Assembly: GCA_030390025.1 (NCBI GenBank)
Contig: CM059432.1
Location: 59,088,001 to 59,152,000 of the forward strand
Source of the DNA: Squalus acanthias
Taxonomy: Eukaryota
Direction: 5' to 3'
DNA: 64,000 nucleotides
The translations under genes were made by a program, and so were the position numbers. Below are positions 24,817 to 37,760 of the stretch, piece by piece. Positions within the stretch are counted from its first letter, which is position 1. Each line of letters opens with the position of its first letter. The notes beneath the pieces were generated by a model, which saw only the letters and a list, made by a program, of their open reading frames with translations, did not search any database and was not told where the DNA came from.

Positions 24817-25899
24817 CTTTAGATTTAAAAAAGAGCGGAAAAAAGACAGCATTAATGCATTAATCTACAATCAGCTTCTGAGACTTAGATTTTTTTTTTA
24901 ACCTCTAAAAATGAACAGAGAAATAGAACTTTTGCACTGAATAGATTTTACAACTTCCATTTAATCTTCAAACAAATAACCTTATGAAACCTGTGTGTCC
25001 TTATAGTAATGTGAGAAGTGCAGCTTAAGCAGTCATTTCCCATCCATGATAATTATAATGGAGAAATCATGCAGCCAGATGTGTTCCCAATTGTAAGGCA
25101 GCTTTTAAAATGGACGAGGTAGTCAAAGATGGGCTACTCTAATGCATGGCTTCAGGAACACACTGGGAGTCATTACAAACCAGCTTGAAAATGGAATTGA
25201 TAACAAATGTTACAACAGTGTTGTTTGGTGTGCTCGGATACCAGTGCATGCTCACAATTACCCAAAATTGCTCCTCCCAGCCATACACCATCAGCGAGCC
25301 ACTGATGAGGAAGTCAGTGCTTCACCTACAAAGAGGTGTGGAGAGTCAGCAAACCACTTGTTTTGGCCCCTTCCATTTAACTCATACAGGTTGAGTTGAG
25401 AGCACTATTGAGAGGGGCCTGGCAGTACATCATGCCTACCCAATTGGGACAGGGAAAGGTGAAAATTACATATGAACATAGGAAGAAATCTAAAAGACAA
25501 GATTTTTTTAAAAAGCTTTTAAATTGGGGTAAAAATAATGTTTAAACATATTCGGATTCTAAAACAAATAAACATATAGATTTTATTGATGATTTTTTTT
25601 CTCATACCTTGGGATACAGTTCCTTGGGTGCAAGGTACCCACTAGTGTCTCGCCCAAGAGCACCATTATTCATTTATGAGGCTTGACGCTGAATGTTGCC
25701 AGCCTAATCTAGTGCAGGGGGCATCCTGTCCTCACCCAACATCTTTACCCATGTACCTCTATCAGGGGTTCCAGCCAACTTTCCCCACCCTTAAGGCGGG
25801 AACACGGAGTGTAATTACCAAGCACCTCCCACCACCTTGGCTGAAATGGATTACCCGAGCACAGACCAGGGATCAAATTTTGGACTATCCCGGTTGCAC

Positions 25900-27006
25900 G
25901 GCTCAATGGAAATCAGGAAGAAAACTCTCCACTGGCTGGAGTCATACCTAGCACAAAGGAAGCTGGTTGTGGTTGTTGGAGGCCAATCATCTCAGCCCCA
26001 GGACATCGCTGCAGGAGTTCCTCAGGGCAGTGTCCTAGGCCCAACCATCTTCAGCTGCTTCATCAATGACCTTCCCTCCAACATAAGGTCAGAAGTGGGG
26101 ATGTTCGCTGATGATTGCAGTGTTCAGTTCCATTCGCAACTCCTCAGATAATGAAGCAGTCCATGCCCGAATGGAGCAAGACCTGGACAACATTCAGGCT
26201 TGGGCCGATAAGTGGCAAGTAACATTCGCGCCACACAAGTGCCAGGCAATGACTATCTCCAACAAGCGAGAGTCTAACCACCGCCCCTTGACATTCAATG
26301 GCATTACCATCGCCGAATCCTCCACCATCAACATCCTGGGGGTCACCATTGACCAGAAACTTAACTGGAACAGCTACGTAAATACTGTGGCTACAAGAGC
26401 AGGTCAGAGGCTGGGTATTCTGTGGCGACTGTCTCACCTCCTGACTCCCCAAAGCCTTTCCACCATCTACAAGGCACAAGTCAGGAGTGTGATGGAGTAC
26501 TCTCTACTTGCCTGGATGAGTGCAGCTGCAACAACACTCAAGAAGCTCGACACCATCCAGGACAAAGCAGCCCGCTTGATTGGCACTCCATCCACCACCT
26601 TAAACATTCACTCCCTCCACCACCGGCGTACTGTGGCTGCAGTGTGTACCACCTACAAGATGCACTGCAGCAACTCGCCAAGGCTTCTTTGACAGCACCT
26701 CCCAAACCCGCGACCTCTACCACTAGAAGGACTAGGGCAGTAGGCGCATGGGAACACCATCACCTATAAGCTCCCTCCAAGTCACACACCATCCTGACTT
26801 AGAAGTATATCGCTGATCCTTCATCGTCGCTGGATCAAAATCCTGGAACTCCTTACCTAACAGCACTGTGGGAGGACCTTCACCACACGGACTGCAGCGG
26901 TTCAAGAAGCCGGCTCACCACCATCTTCTCAAGGGCAATTAGGGATGGGCAATAAATGCTGGCATTGCCAGCGACGCCCACATGCCAGGAACGAATAAAA
27001 AAAAAC
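25900..27006 (+). mobile_element. 5'-truncated LINE of the second (CR1/Jockey-group) lineage
   Basis: GVPQGSVLGPTIFSCFINDL, MFADD, KAQVRSVMEYS; 3' end caagggcaattagggatgggcaataaa plus A tail. Confidence 0.9.
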
Positions 27007-27799
27007 AAATTTCTGATTTTGCATTTAAAACGATAAAGATTGAAATATGATGGACATAATCACAAATGCTATTTGAGTTATTGCATTGAGGTTGGCTTTG
27101 GTGTCAGTTGCAGGTTGATATGCAGGATTTCCACTTGTGCCAACACCTTTTGTATTTTATTGTGACTATTACTGGCAGTTTTAATCCCCTTGGATCCATA
27201 GTAAAGTTAGTTGGCACTCACCCATCCCGTACAGATATTTTCCAGTCTGTGAGCAGGGGTCCCACATAAATATCCCCTTCTGGTAGTGTTAAAGGGAGAT
27301 TCTTGTGACGAAAATGGAAGTTTGTCCCTGTGGTGGAGGTTGTCTGCAGGTCAGATTGAGCAGGTGGCACCACTCTTTCGCTGCCTTTTTGAGAAGAACC
27401 TCAGGTAGTTCTCTTCAGACATTCCCTGAAGCTATTTCAGGGTCTTTAAATGGCTGAATGGGTAATGATGGGTTTAGACAGTGCAATTCTGGTACAAACG
27501 AACCTCTCATTTTGCTTCTTTCATCCTCTTCTTTCACCTCCAAATACTCAAGCAGAAAGGAGCACCATTTGCCATCACCAAAGGAGTCAATTCCAAAGAC
27601 ACCGCTTGAAACTCATTAAGCGCACCGACTATTTTGGGCGTTCAAGCAGCTTCAATCAGCTGTTCGCACCTCGTTAAAGGACGGTTAGCGTAGTGATGCG
27701 TCTGTATGTAAATGGTGACCTCAGTTTTTTCTTGCCCTTTCATGATTTCCATGACTTGGATCAGGCAGCCCTGCGGCCTCTGGTCTCCCCACAGGGCCT

Positions 27800-28181
27800 C
27801 TAGAAATCCTGCGACTACTGCGAGCCCTTCTTGCCGGCTGTTTTGCCACCACCGGATTAGAGCCGGATTTCTTTGGCAAGAACATGGCCAGGACGCCGCC
27901 CTGTGTGCTGGTGACACCATCCAGCAGCTTGCTGAGCTCCTCGTCATTGCGGATGGTGAGCTGCAAGTGGCAGGGGATGACGGATGCCCTGGGCCGCGTT
28001 GCCCGCCAGCTCCAGGTTCTCGGCCCTCAGGCACTCGAGGACGGCAGCCAAGTAGACTGGGTTCTCAGCCCCAGCGCGCTCGACATAATTACCTTTGTGG
28101 AGCAGGCGGTGAACACAGCCGGCTGGGAACTGAAGGCTGGACTGAGTTCAACGTGTCTTGGACTTTGCACGGGCTTTACCT
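27800..28181 (-). pseudogene. Histone H2A.X-like pseudogene with C-terminus SQDF
   Basis: GKARAKSKTR*...[17 protein letters not shown]...VYLAAVLE...LELAGNAA...[20 protein letters not shown]...QGGVL...LPKK, then after a frameshift [14 protein letters not shown]. Has stops and indels; no ATG. Confidence 0.85.
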
Positions 28182-28929
28182 TTGGAAGGAGGCGATTACT
28201 CTTTTTTAATTTTTCGGTTACATCATTCACCGCGTATAGCGGACAAATCGCGTTGACCGGCCTGCTATAAGCGGTAGGGACTGTGCCCATTTCATCAATA
28301 TGTTGCAAACTAAAAATACCTAAGTTCCTCTTTAAGAAGACTCTTACTGAAAGGCTGGAGTGTTTCTGACCTTTTATGCCTACTATACAGGGGCAGGTCA
28401 TGTGCACTTTATGATTCTGGTAGAATGAACGGAATTGCGTAGCAACTCTGCTTTAAATCTAATTTGTCTATAATTGAGTATTAAAATGTCATACAAACAT
28501 ATTAAGTGTCTATCCATTAATATCACCAACAGTAATCCCTAGCTGGTCTGTTTTCAAACAAAATGTAAGTACTCAACCTTTTTTTATGAACTAAGTGTCT
28601 ATCTGTAAAAAGGCTTAATAGCTCTTAACAAATCAAAATTGAATCTAGTCACTTTCTTTCCAACCGTCTCTTGCCCACCTAGAAAATGGAAATCTATTGC
28701 TATTAACATTAAAGAAAAGAATAGATAAGACACAGCAGGATAATTTTTCCTGAGTTCTTACTGATGACAAGTTACTTCACACACCGCGAGCACGCATTGG
28801 AAAATCTGGTTTGCAGCAAGGAGATGTACCTCGCTATTGGCAAAGACTCAGAAAACTTACCCAAATATACAGGTTCTAGACTAGATTCACTAGTTCTAAT
28901 TCAACATCAGCAAGAGTCATCCTGTTGTG

Positions 28930-29600
28930 CTCCTACCTCAGGTGGTGATTCAATGCGCTCTCCCAAGGTACTCACTCAGACTCAACCTGACAGTCTGCAC
29001 CTTAGCAACCTGCTCGGCCTTGAGCTGAGCTACATGACCCACATCCAGTCCATCACAAAGACGCAACATAACCAACCCACTGAACTCTGAACTATGCCTT
29101 TGTATCCCCAGTTTTATTTCTCCAGCAATCTCCTCACTGACTTCTCAAGCGCTACCTTACATGAGCTCCACCTCATCCAGAACTCTGCTGCTTGTATCCT
29201 ATCCCACACACATATCTCCCTATCCTTGTTGCTCCGCATCCCCCAGTGCATTCGTTTTAAAATCCCTGTTCTGGTTTTCAGATCCCTCATAGGTTTTCTT
29301 CTCCCTAAGTATGCAATCTTCTCCAACCATATATCCCCTCATACATCTTATGCTATTCCAACTAGGGTCTGCACTATCACTACATCTTTTTGCTCCATGA
29401 CTGATGGTAGAGATTTTAGGCATCATACATCTGCACTTTGAAATTCTCTTCCTAAATCCCTCTGCTTCTCTCCTTACCTTCAAAATCCATATGCAAAGCT
29501 ACCGATTTTGCTTTTGACCCTGCTCAAGCTTCTCTCCTTCCTATTCGGGTCCCCTACCCTCCATAATAAGCTTGGGTTATCTTGTTATGTGAAGCACACA
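28930..29600 (+). mobile_element. Degraded L2 3' region
   Basis: LHLIQNSAACILS...IRFKIPVLVFRSL, a typical L2 C-terminal remnant. Confidence 0.6.
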
Positions 29601-30894
29601 ATAAAAGTGCAAAATATTACAGTTCTATCACAAATATAAACACATTTCCTGTAACAGATGTGTTGAAATTGTGCTGCGTGATATTGGTACTTAGCTCATT
29701 GACACATTTGCATGTTTTCCTCTGTCTTATTAATGAAGTTTAACTTCTTCATTAAAATCACCGAAGAAACTTCACGCAAATGTGCTAATTCAATTATTAA
29801 AACAACACATCATAATTCCAATACATATATTAAAAACTACTGATTAAAGAATCAATAAGAGGCGAAGGACAGAATTTATACAGTGGAAACACTATAATAT
29901 TGCAAAGGATAGCCTCATATTTCTGTTTAGTTCATGGATTATTATAGTGCTTGAAACATAATAAGGGATAAAAAAAAATGTCCGAGATTAAACAAGAGAT
30001 AAAGGAATTAAAAATTCTTGGTGTGCTTTGCACCATCTAATGTGAACCTGTGGGTTGCGTTCCTGCTCCAGAATGTGCCCTCTGTGCTGAATCTTTCACT
30101 AACGAGAAACCCACACTATCTTCTTTGTAAATTTGAAGCCTTATGTTTGCACTACAAGCACAATTTGTATTTCTACTCCATACCCTGCTGACCTGACATT
30201 TCAAAATTGTTCAGAAGTGTGGTGACACAGTGTGCTGAGCGTCATCTAATTAAAGCTCTTCCACAGGCTCAAGCACCGCTGCAATCAGTTTCCAAGCTGG
30301 CCCAATCGGAGAGAGGCAAAACATAGGGGGGAGTCACTCTTGATTATCTTACAGTGGTCAGTTATGAGGACATTGGTAGTGGGTCGAGTCCCCATCCTCT
30401 TGACTGCAAGGTGTAAAATAAGCAGTGAAAAAATTCCAGCAAAAACACAGGAAAACGTAGTCAGAATATACCCCATATGGGGGGGGAAAAAAAGCAAAAA
30501 AAAAATTGAAATAATGGCCAGAATTGGAGGATGTATTTTAAATTACTGACTGAATTCAGAGAAGCGTAGAACAGGTCAAAATTTATGGGACCATTGGAAT
30601 AAAGCCAAATTATGTCATTATAAAGCATTTATTTTCTGCTTCACCAAAAGAGATTTAAGAAACACCGCAGCATTCGAAACCCACGAGTGTCACAAGCTGC
30701 CTGGTAAACTCTGAAGCAAAATGTTTTAGGTGGAAATTCAACTGCCTGCACTTGTGAATATCCTATTTGTGCAACATTTGACTGTTCATGTAATCCTTCA
30801 TTATCACACTCAAAGGAAATGCTAAATGTTTAGACAGTTTAGACACACACAAAAAGTGAAAATTTGCATAGCATAAAATATTTAGAAGATAAGG

Positions 30895-32875
30895 ACATAA
30901 GAATGAGGAGCAGAGTCGGACATACAGCCCTTCGAGCCTGCTCAGTCATTCAATAAGATCATGGCTGATCTTTGACTTCAACTCCACTTTCCCACCCGAT
31001 CCCCATATCCCTTGACTCCCCTAGAATCCAAAAATCTATCTATCTCAGCCTTGAATATACTCAACGATTCAGCAACCACAGCCCTTTGGGGTAGAGAATT
31101 CCAAAGATTCACAACCATCTGAGTGAAGAAATTCATTTCAGTCTTAAATGGCCGACCCCTCATCCTGAGACTATGCCCCCTAGTTCTAGACTTTTCAGCC
31201 AGGGGAAACAACCTCTCAGTATCTACCCTGTCAATCCCCCTCAGAATCTAATATGTTTCAATTAGATCGCCTCTCATTCTTCTACACTCCAGAGAGTATT
31301 GGCCCAATCTACTCGATCTCTCCTGTAGGACAACCCTCTCATCCCAGGAATCAATCTAGTGAACCTTCATTGCGCTGCCTCGAAGGCAAGTATATCCTTC
31401 CTTAGATAAGAAGTGCACAGTACTCCAGGTGTCGTCTTACCAAAGCCCTGTACAATTGTAGCAAGACTTCCTTACTCTTGTACTCCAACCCCCCTTGCAA
31501 TAAATACCAACATGCCATTTGCCTTCCTAATCGCTTGCTGTACCTGCATGCTAACTCTCTGTGCTTCCTGTACAAGGACACCTAAATCTCTCTGAACACC
31601 AACATTTAAAAGTTTCTCACCATTTAAAAAATATTTTTTTCTCTACTTCTTACCAAAGTGAATAACCTCACATTTCCCCACATTATACTCCATCTGCCAG
31701 CTTATTGCCCACTCATTTAACCTGTCTATATCCCTTTGCAGGCTCTTTGTGTCCTCCTCACAGCTTACTTTCCCACCTAGCTTTGTATCATCAGCAAACT
31801 TGGATACCTTATGTTCAGTCCCTACAACATAGATTATAAATAGCTGAGGCCCAAGACCTGATCCTTGCGGCACCCCACGAGTTACAGCCTACCAACCGGA
31901 AAATGACCCGTTTATCCCTACTCTCCGTTTTCTGTCCATTAACCAATCCTCTATCCATGCTAATATATTACCCCAACCCCGTGAGCCCTTATCTTGCATA
32001 ACAACCTTTTATGTGGTACCTTATCGAATGCCTTTCGGAAATCCAAATATACTACATTCACTGGTTCCCCTTTATCTACCTTGCTAGTTACATCCTCAAA
32101 AAACTCTCGTAAAATTGTAAAACACAATTTCCCTTTCATAAAAAGCATGTTGACTCTACCTAATCATATTATGATTTTCTAAGTGCCCTGTTACCACTGC
32201 CTTAATAATGGAGCCCAGCATTTTCCCGATGACTGATGTCAGGCTAACTGGCCTGTAGTTCCCTATTTTCTCTCTCCCTCCTTTCTTGAATAGCAGGGTT
32301 ACATTTGCTACCTTCCAATCTGCTGGGACCATTGTAGAATCTGGGGAATTTTGGAAGATCACAATCAATGCATCCACTATCTCTGCAGCTACCTGTTTTA
32401 GAATCCTAGGATGTAGGCCATCAGGTCCACGAGAATTGTCGACTTTTAGTCCCATTAGTTTCTTAAGTCCTTTTTCTCTACTGATGTTAATTACTTAAAG
32501 CTCCTCAATCTCATTAGCCCCTTGGTTCCCCACTAGTTTTGGTATGCTTTTTGTGTCTTCCACTGTGAAGACTGATACAAAATATTTGTTGAATGTCACT
32601 GCCATTTCTTTATTCCCCATTATAATTTCTCCTTTCTCAGCCTCTAAGGGACCAACGCTTACTTTTGCTACTCTCTTCCTTTTTACATACATGTAGAAGT
32701 TCTTGCAATCTGTTTTTATATTTCTTACTAGTTTACTCTCATTCTATTTTCTCCATTTTTATCAATTCTTTGGTCATCCTTTGCTGGTTTCTAAAGCTCT
32801 CCCAATCCTCAGGCTTACTATTATTCTTCACAACATTATAAGTCTCTTCTTTTAATCTAATACTATCCTTAACTT
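30895..32875 (-). mobile_element. 5'-truncated CR1 LINE, fragmented ORF2
   Basis: Several RT fragments (GNYRPVSLTS, YLDFRKAFDKVPH, FADD) and a CR1 3' UTR. Confidence 0.9.
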
Positions 32876-33824
32876 CACTTACTGCAAAGCATGGCAAGGA
32901 ACCCTTACTGCATGCAGACTGGTGCAGGTCTCAGTCCTGGCAGCAAGAAGGTGCATTCCCCAGCAGTGGTACAACAAACATCCCCCCTCAACAAATCACT
33001 TGTGGGACATTTACCAATTAGATTCGGGGATGCATAAACTGTGCGTCGGGCTGAGGAAATACAAGAAGGTGCAGACGCCATTCCCGCTTGATGCACTCTA
33101 ACCAACTCAAATCACGAACCCCCTCATTACTCATTTCAGTTTGAAATGCAACCTATTTTGATCCTGATTATTATTAAAATAAAATAAACAGAGCCTTGAA
33201 TGTCCACATCATGCTGTTCACCAATGTCAGCACTTAATACTTCCCAGTGTCGACAGGGGTTCTGATGAAGGATCTCTGCCAAAATGTTTACCTGTCTTTT
33301 CCCTTTTTGAGATGCTGATGGCCCTGCTGTATATCTCCAGTATTTTCTGGCTTTATTTTTGAGTGCTCTCTTGTAAAATAGCACGAGGAGAGATTTTTGT
33401 GTCTGTCTGCCTGCTGAGATTAGCAGTTTTCTTGAGAATCTCAAGAGTCAAACCGCACAAAGAGAGATGTGTAAGTGGAGATGTGCAAGTGATTTATATA
33501 ATGTAAATGACTTTTGTACTTTTAAAAAAGTAATAAAAGGCATGCACACCATTGGAGGTGTAAAAACTGAGCTAACGGTACTTCAGATTCGTTAACAGCA
33601 TTTTGTAACCTGCGTATTCATAATTTAACAGAGATTGTCTCCCCCTCCCATAAAAGCTCACCAGGTAAAACTACAACAAAAGCTTCCGATTGTCAGAGCT
33701 GTTTAAGTTTAATATTTTTCTACGGTAACATTTACTGCGATGTTTACCCTGGTAAAACCTTCTAATCTTTATAGGTAAAATTCATGTTCAAATGTGGGAG
33801 TTGTTTAACTCAGATGCTGAGAAA

Positions 33825-33965
33825 AAGCAGATGGAGTAGAATTTCCGCAGGGGTTCTCCCAATCGTCTGCTGTAACATTAACAGCCACTTACGTCGTTTC
33901 CCTGGGGTTTCTGCCGATGTTAAGGCAGGAGATCTGAAGAACCCACGCGGACATTTTACACTGTT
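33825..33965. mobile_element. Possible ~135-bp miniature inverted-repeat element
   Basis: gtagaatttccgcagggg-ttct at the left pairs imperfectly with agaacccacgcggacattttac at the right. Confidence 0.4.
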
Positions 33966-34736
33966 ATCTCTGTAAAGCAATTGCTGCTTAAATGGGCCTA
34001 AAATGTATTTTTAAATCACATTGTTTTAATGTTGGAAATGGTTTCCCGATGACATTATTAAACTTACAATACCCACAAGTTTTCATTGCTTCCCAAAGTA
34101 ATCTTAATTTGAAAAGAATCAATTCAAATGCTATTATTAAGAAACAATAAAGTAGAACATTGTAGTTGTTAATACAGAGCTATATTCTGCTGGCCATACT
34201 GGCTGAGTGTTAGATCCAACTCTACTCAGGTAATACACCAGCTTTGCACAGAATAGGGGCTGACTTCTTATTTTTTGAGAGTGTAATTTGGAATGAACTT
34301 TAGAATTAAAAGAAAATTGTACAGTTTCACAGCTTTAAATTCTCCATTTTGAGAGTGTTGTTTATTTTATATGAGAATTCCTGTTTGTTGCTTTGTAAGT
34401 TTAAAATTAATCAGATTGTTATAATTGATAAATTAAATTACAATTGAGACAGACATGAAAATATAACTCAAACAAAACATAGTAATAAAAATGTGGAAAA
34501 TGAATGACCCATGTACCTACTTTTTCAGGTATTCAAGGCCTTCAAAACTGGCTTCCATGTTGCTACGCAAACTGAAATCTCATCAGGAGCATAATAACGC
34601 CATGCACACTAAAGTTTTAAGATAAATGATCAATTTGGGAAGGGAATGAAAGTGAAAAAAAAATAATAGTAAATAAAAAGTCAGTGAATTGTGCATTTTT
34701 TGTTTGCAGAGTTGAACTGAGCAGTAGCATACATGC

Positions 34737-34831
34737 CTGAAGAAAGGAATCGCTATGACAGTTTCGTAATATCTCCATGTGGCACCAAGATCACTCCGGT
34801 TGAGGTTCGTGGCGTAAAATCTCCATGCAGT
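34737..34831 (-). CDS. KCNQ3: KCNQ3 coding exon, helix A / IQ-like calmodulin-binding region (exon 8 equivalent); GC donor
   Basis: 95 nt, cag|ACT...TTC AG|gcatgt. Translates [31 protein letters not shown](R). Ends in phase 2, matching the next exon. Confidence 0.9.
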
Positions 34832-35181
34832 CTGGATCAAAACAAAACATGGAAAGGAAGATTTTACAAAAGATAATCTCAATCAATATTGTTTTCTACA
34901 CAAGTTCTCCCTCATAAACTTTAGAATTTAATGCAATGTGCCTTTAACCTTGCCAGTCAATCTCCCATGGGATTGCACACAGCAGGTTGGGGGACACGCA
35001 GGTTTGAAATGGAGCACACACCAAATATAAACTGGAAGAACACAGTCACATGAAGAGCTCATCTGGGGAAAACCCATGAGCAGAAGTGTCAGGAGTCAAA
35101 GAGCATTGCCGACAGTTCAGAGGGAGTACACATCCCACTTTCAGCATCGAGTTAGGATATTTTGTCTGGCTAAAATATATT

Positions 35182-35939
35182 GGCCCAGATATTCCGATCC
35201 CTACGGGTGGGTACGCGCTGTGTACCCGCCCGTAGGGACATCGGAAATGCCGGTTTCAGGCATGAACAGCGCATGCGCTGAAAACCGGCATTTCCGATCT
35301 GTCAAGAATCCTCTTGACAGATCGGACGCCTGCCCTAGAGAAGGGCCTCTGCGGGCGGATAGTTCCGCTTTATGGAGACCCTCCGCCCGCAGAAAACCCT
35401 TACAATTCGTACGCCTGGTAAAAGCAGGCATAAGGCCTGCTTTTACCAGGATAAGAGTTGAAAAAAAAGTTTAAAAAAAATGTTTCCACTGGTTTATCAT
35501 TTAAAAATACTTTAAAAAAGGTAAGTTTATTTTTAGCCCTGTAAAAAACTTTAATTATTTTTTCAAAAAATTAAATTTTTGTTTAAAATACTTAATTTAT
35601 TGTAATTTCAAGTCATTTTAAAACATGTGATTTAAAAAAAAAATTATTTAAAGTTTTACTATGTTTTTTCATTGATCTCCATTCATATATTTGACAGGTC
35701 TTCCTGTCAAATGTATGAAGGGAGAGTCCCTTCAGTGATTGGCTCCCCATGGCCCACGTGATCCCAGGGACGCTGCGAACTACATGCGCCCCTGGGATAC
35801 GTGAGCCCTGCGCACTTCAAGTTTGGAGAGGCCCAGGAGCGGAGGTGTGTGCGTCCCGGGAGCCCTCAGGTAAGGGCGTAGATTTTTCCAGATCGCAGGC
35901 CTCCACCCGCAGGAGGCCTGCGATCGGAAAATACGGGCC
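35182..35939 (-). mobile_element. Harbinger-type MITE, hairpin family, copy C (reverse orientation, divergent)
   Basis: TIRs GGCCCAGATATTCCGATC / GATCGGAAAATACGGGCC; TSD ATT. The AT core (aggtaagtttatttt...caaaaaattaaattttt) and cacgtgatccca match the reverse complement of copies A and B. Confidence 0.88.
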
Positions 35940-36939
35940 ATTACCTTTACTCCTCTGGTCAGACAGTGTCATCGCCTGTATGTTTAGATATTGAGGCAGG
36001 AAAAATACACTGCAGCTCCAGAGGAGCCTGGACCAAATGGTAGCTCTGTGGAATTGCAGTCCTGGCACTAGGTACTGAGCGGAAGATAGACAAAATGTAA
36101 TACAATTTTGTCCAGTTCTTTCAAAACAAACATTTCTAAATGATAATTCAGAAAAACAATTTTTTTTGGATTCATACATGGAAACAACAGTAACCAATGC
36201 TGGAGCAGACAAACGCCTTCTGAGGAGGAAGGGAGGGAGCAGTGGCTTCTGGAAATTGTAGTCCTGGGAATGCCGACGGGTAAATTTAATACAAATCTTA
36301 CAAGGACATTTTCTCCAAGGAGGATTCAGCGGGAGACTGGGATTCCCAGAGGTCTAGCAATTTCCATTGTACTACTTGTGGTGGCGGGTAGAGTTATTGG
36401 CGTCAAGTTTATTGGTAAGTTTGTGATTTCTTTTTGTTAATTTTTCACGTTTGTTGTATGATAAGTTTTACTTTTAGGAGTATGTAGTTGGATGAGTGAG
36501 GAGATGTCATAACAGCTATATAATCGGAGAATTATTTTCCTGGAATGTTATTAGGAAATGTATTTTTAGTAAAATGTGACTGTGGAGAAAATTGAAATTG
36601 GGAGAAAGATTTTGTGCAATATGATTGGTGAATAACAAAAGTAGAAAATAAGCAACTAAAGAGGAGAAAATGCAGACGGTTAGCCAATGAGAAAGAAGGA
36701 ACTGATACACAGACTCAATGGTCACAGCGTAAATGACAGGTACAAAAATATGTAGTTTTTCTAATTTTCCAACAGGATTTCATGAAGAAAGCTGTAAAAA
36801 TTTCAGTTTGCCTTCTAGGATCCAGTAAGATTCCCCCTTTTCTTTGACTCCAATTTTATTGGCCCTGGAGGAATGGTTTTCACCGTGCACCAGCTATCAG
36901 TTGGGAGAATGAGTTGCTCTGGGCTCTGGTCTGCTCTAG

Positions 36940-37441
36940 GGGGGAAAAATTGAGTCGCGCCCCAGCACACCGAAAAAATTAGCACCCCCCACAGCCGAAA
37001 TTCACCGGTAGCGCCCCAAGAGGGAAGCGGGGTGCTACTGGAAGCGCCCCGCCTCCCTCTTGGGGCGCTGCAAGTGAATATCACGTCGCGCCGCGGTACT
37101 GCAGACCTTATTAAAGGGGAGGGGCCTAGCATAGCATGACCCGGGGCCCAGCTGGGCCACCAGGGATCGGAATGCCGGCAAAAGAGCCCAGCACTCAAGA
37201 GAAGTGCCGGGCTCACGGAGCGTAGCCGGCACTCCGCCGGGGGGGCTGGTCAGGAGGCCGGGGACGGCAACGGGGGCAGGTGCTGGCAGGCGGCCAGCAA
37301 CAAAAATGGCCACCCGGCACCTTCCCTTTAATTAGCGCCGCCCGTAAGTCAGGGGGCGCTACCGAAGATCGCAGCCGGGACGCGAGCAGGGCGCTGCGCA
37401 CGGCGATGACAGGAGCCGCAAAGCAACCAAATTTTTAGGCC
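36940..37441. mobile_element. ~500-bp CpG-rich Harbinger-type MITE
   Basis: Ends GGGGGAAAAATTGAGT / ACCAAATTTTTAGGCC; flanks TAG/TAT; GCGC-rich body. Confidence 0.65.
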
Positions 37442-37682
37442 TATGTCTGTTCTCACTGCTACTCCATCAATGGGCAGTCGTGCTAAGCAGCTATGCCAGT
37501 TCTTCCCATTTCCCACAGGTGGAGTAGGCCACCCCAATCAGGGACCCATCTGGGGGCTCCAGAGGTTGGATGCGTGAGCTGAAACTTTGACTCTCATCCC
37601 TGCTTTTTATCTCATCAAAAGCATCACAGACCAAACATTTGTTTGTCAGGTCTGAAAGCACTGGAGTGCACCAGTCCACCTC

Positions 37683-37760
37683 TGTGTGCCTGTACCTGTA
37701 TGTGTGTGTGTGTGTGTGTCTGTATGTGTGTCTGTGCCTGTATATGTCTGTGTGTTTGCA
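37683..37760 (+). repeat. Imperfect (TG)n microsatellite
   Basis: tgtatgtgtgtgtgtgtgtgtgtctgtatgtgtgtctgtg... Confidence 0.9.

Noticed and set aside
27700..27740. Histone 3' stem-loop after the H2A.X pseudogene
   Set aside because: Only a weak half-match (GAGGTCACCA); no pairing stem.
33240..33365. Short repeat also resembling 38080-38215 and 47820-47915 (possibly Penelope-derived)
   Set aside because: Too degraded to classify or delimit reliably.
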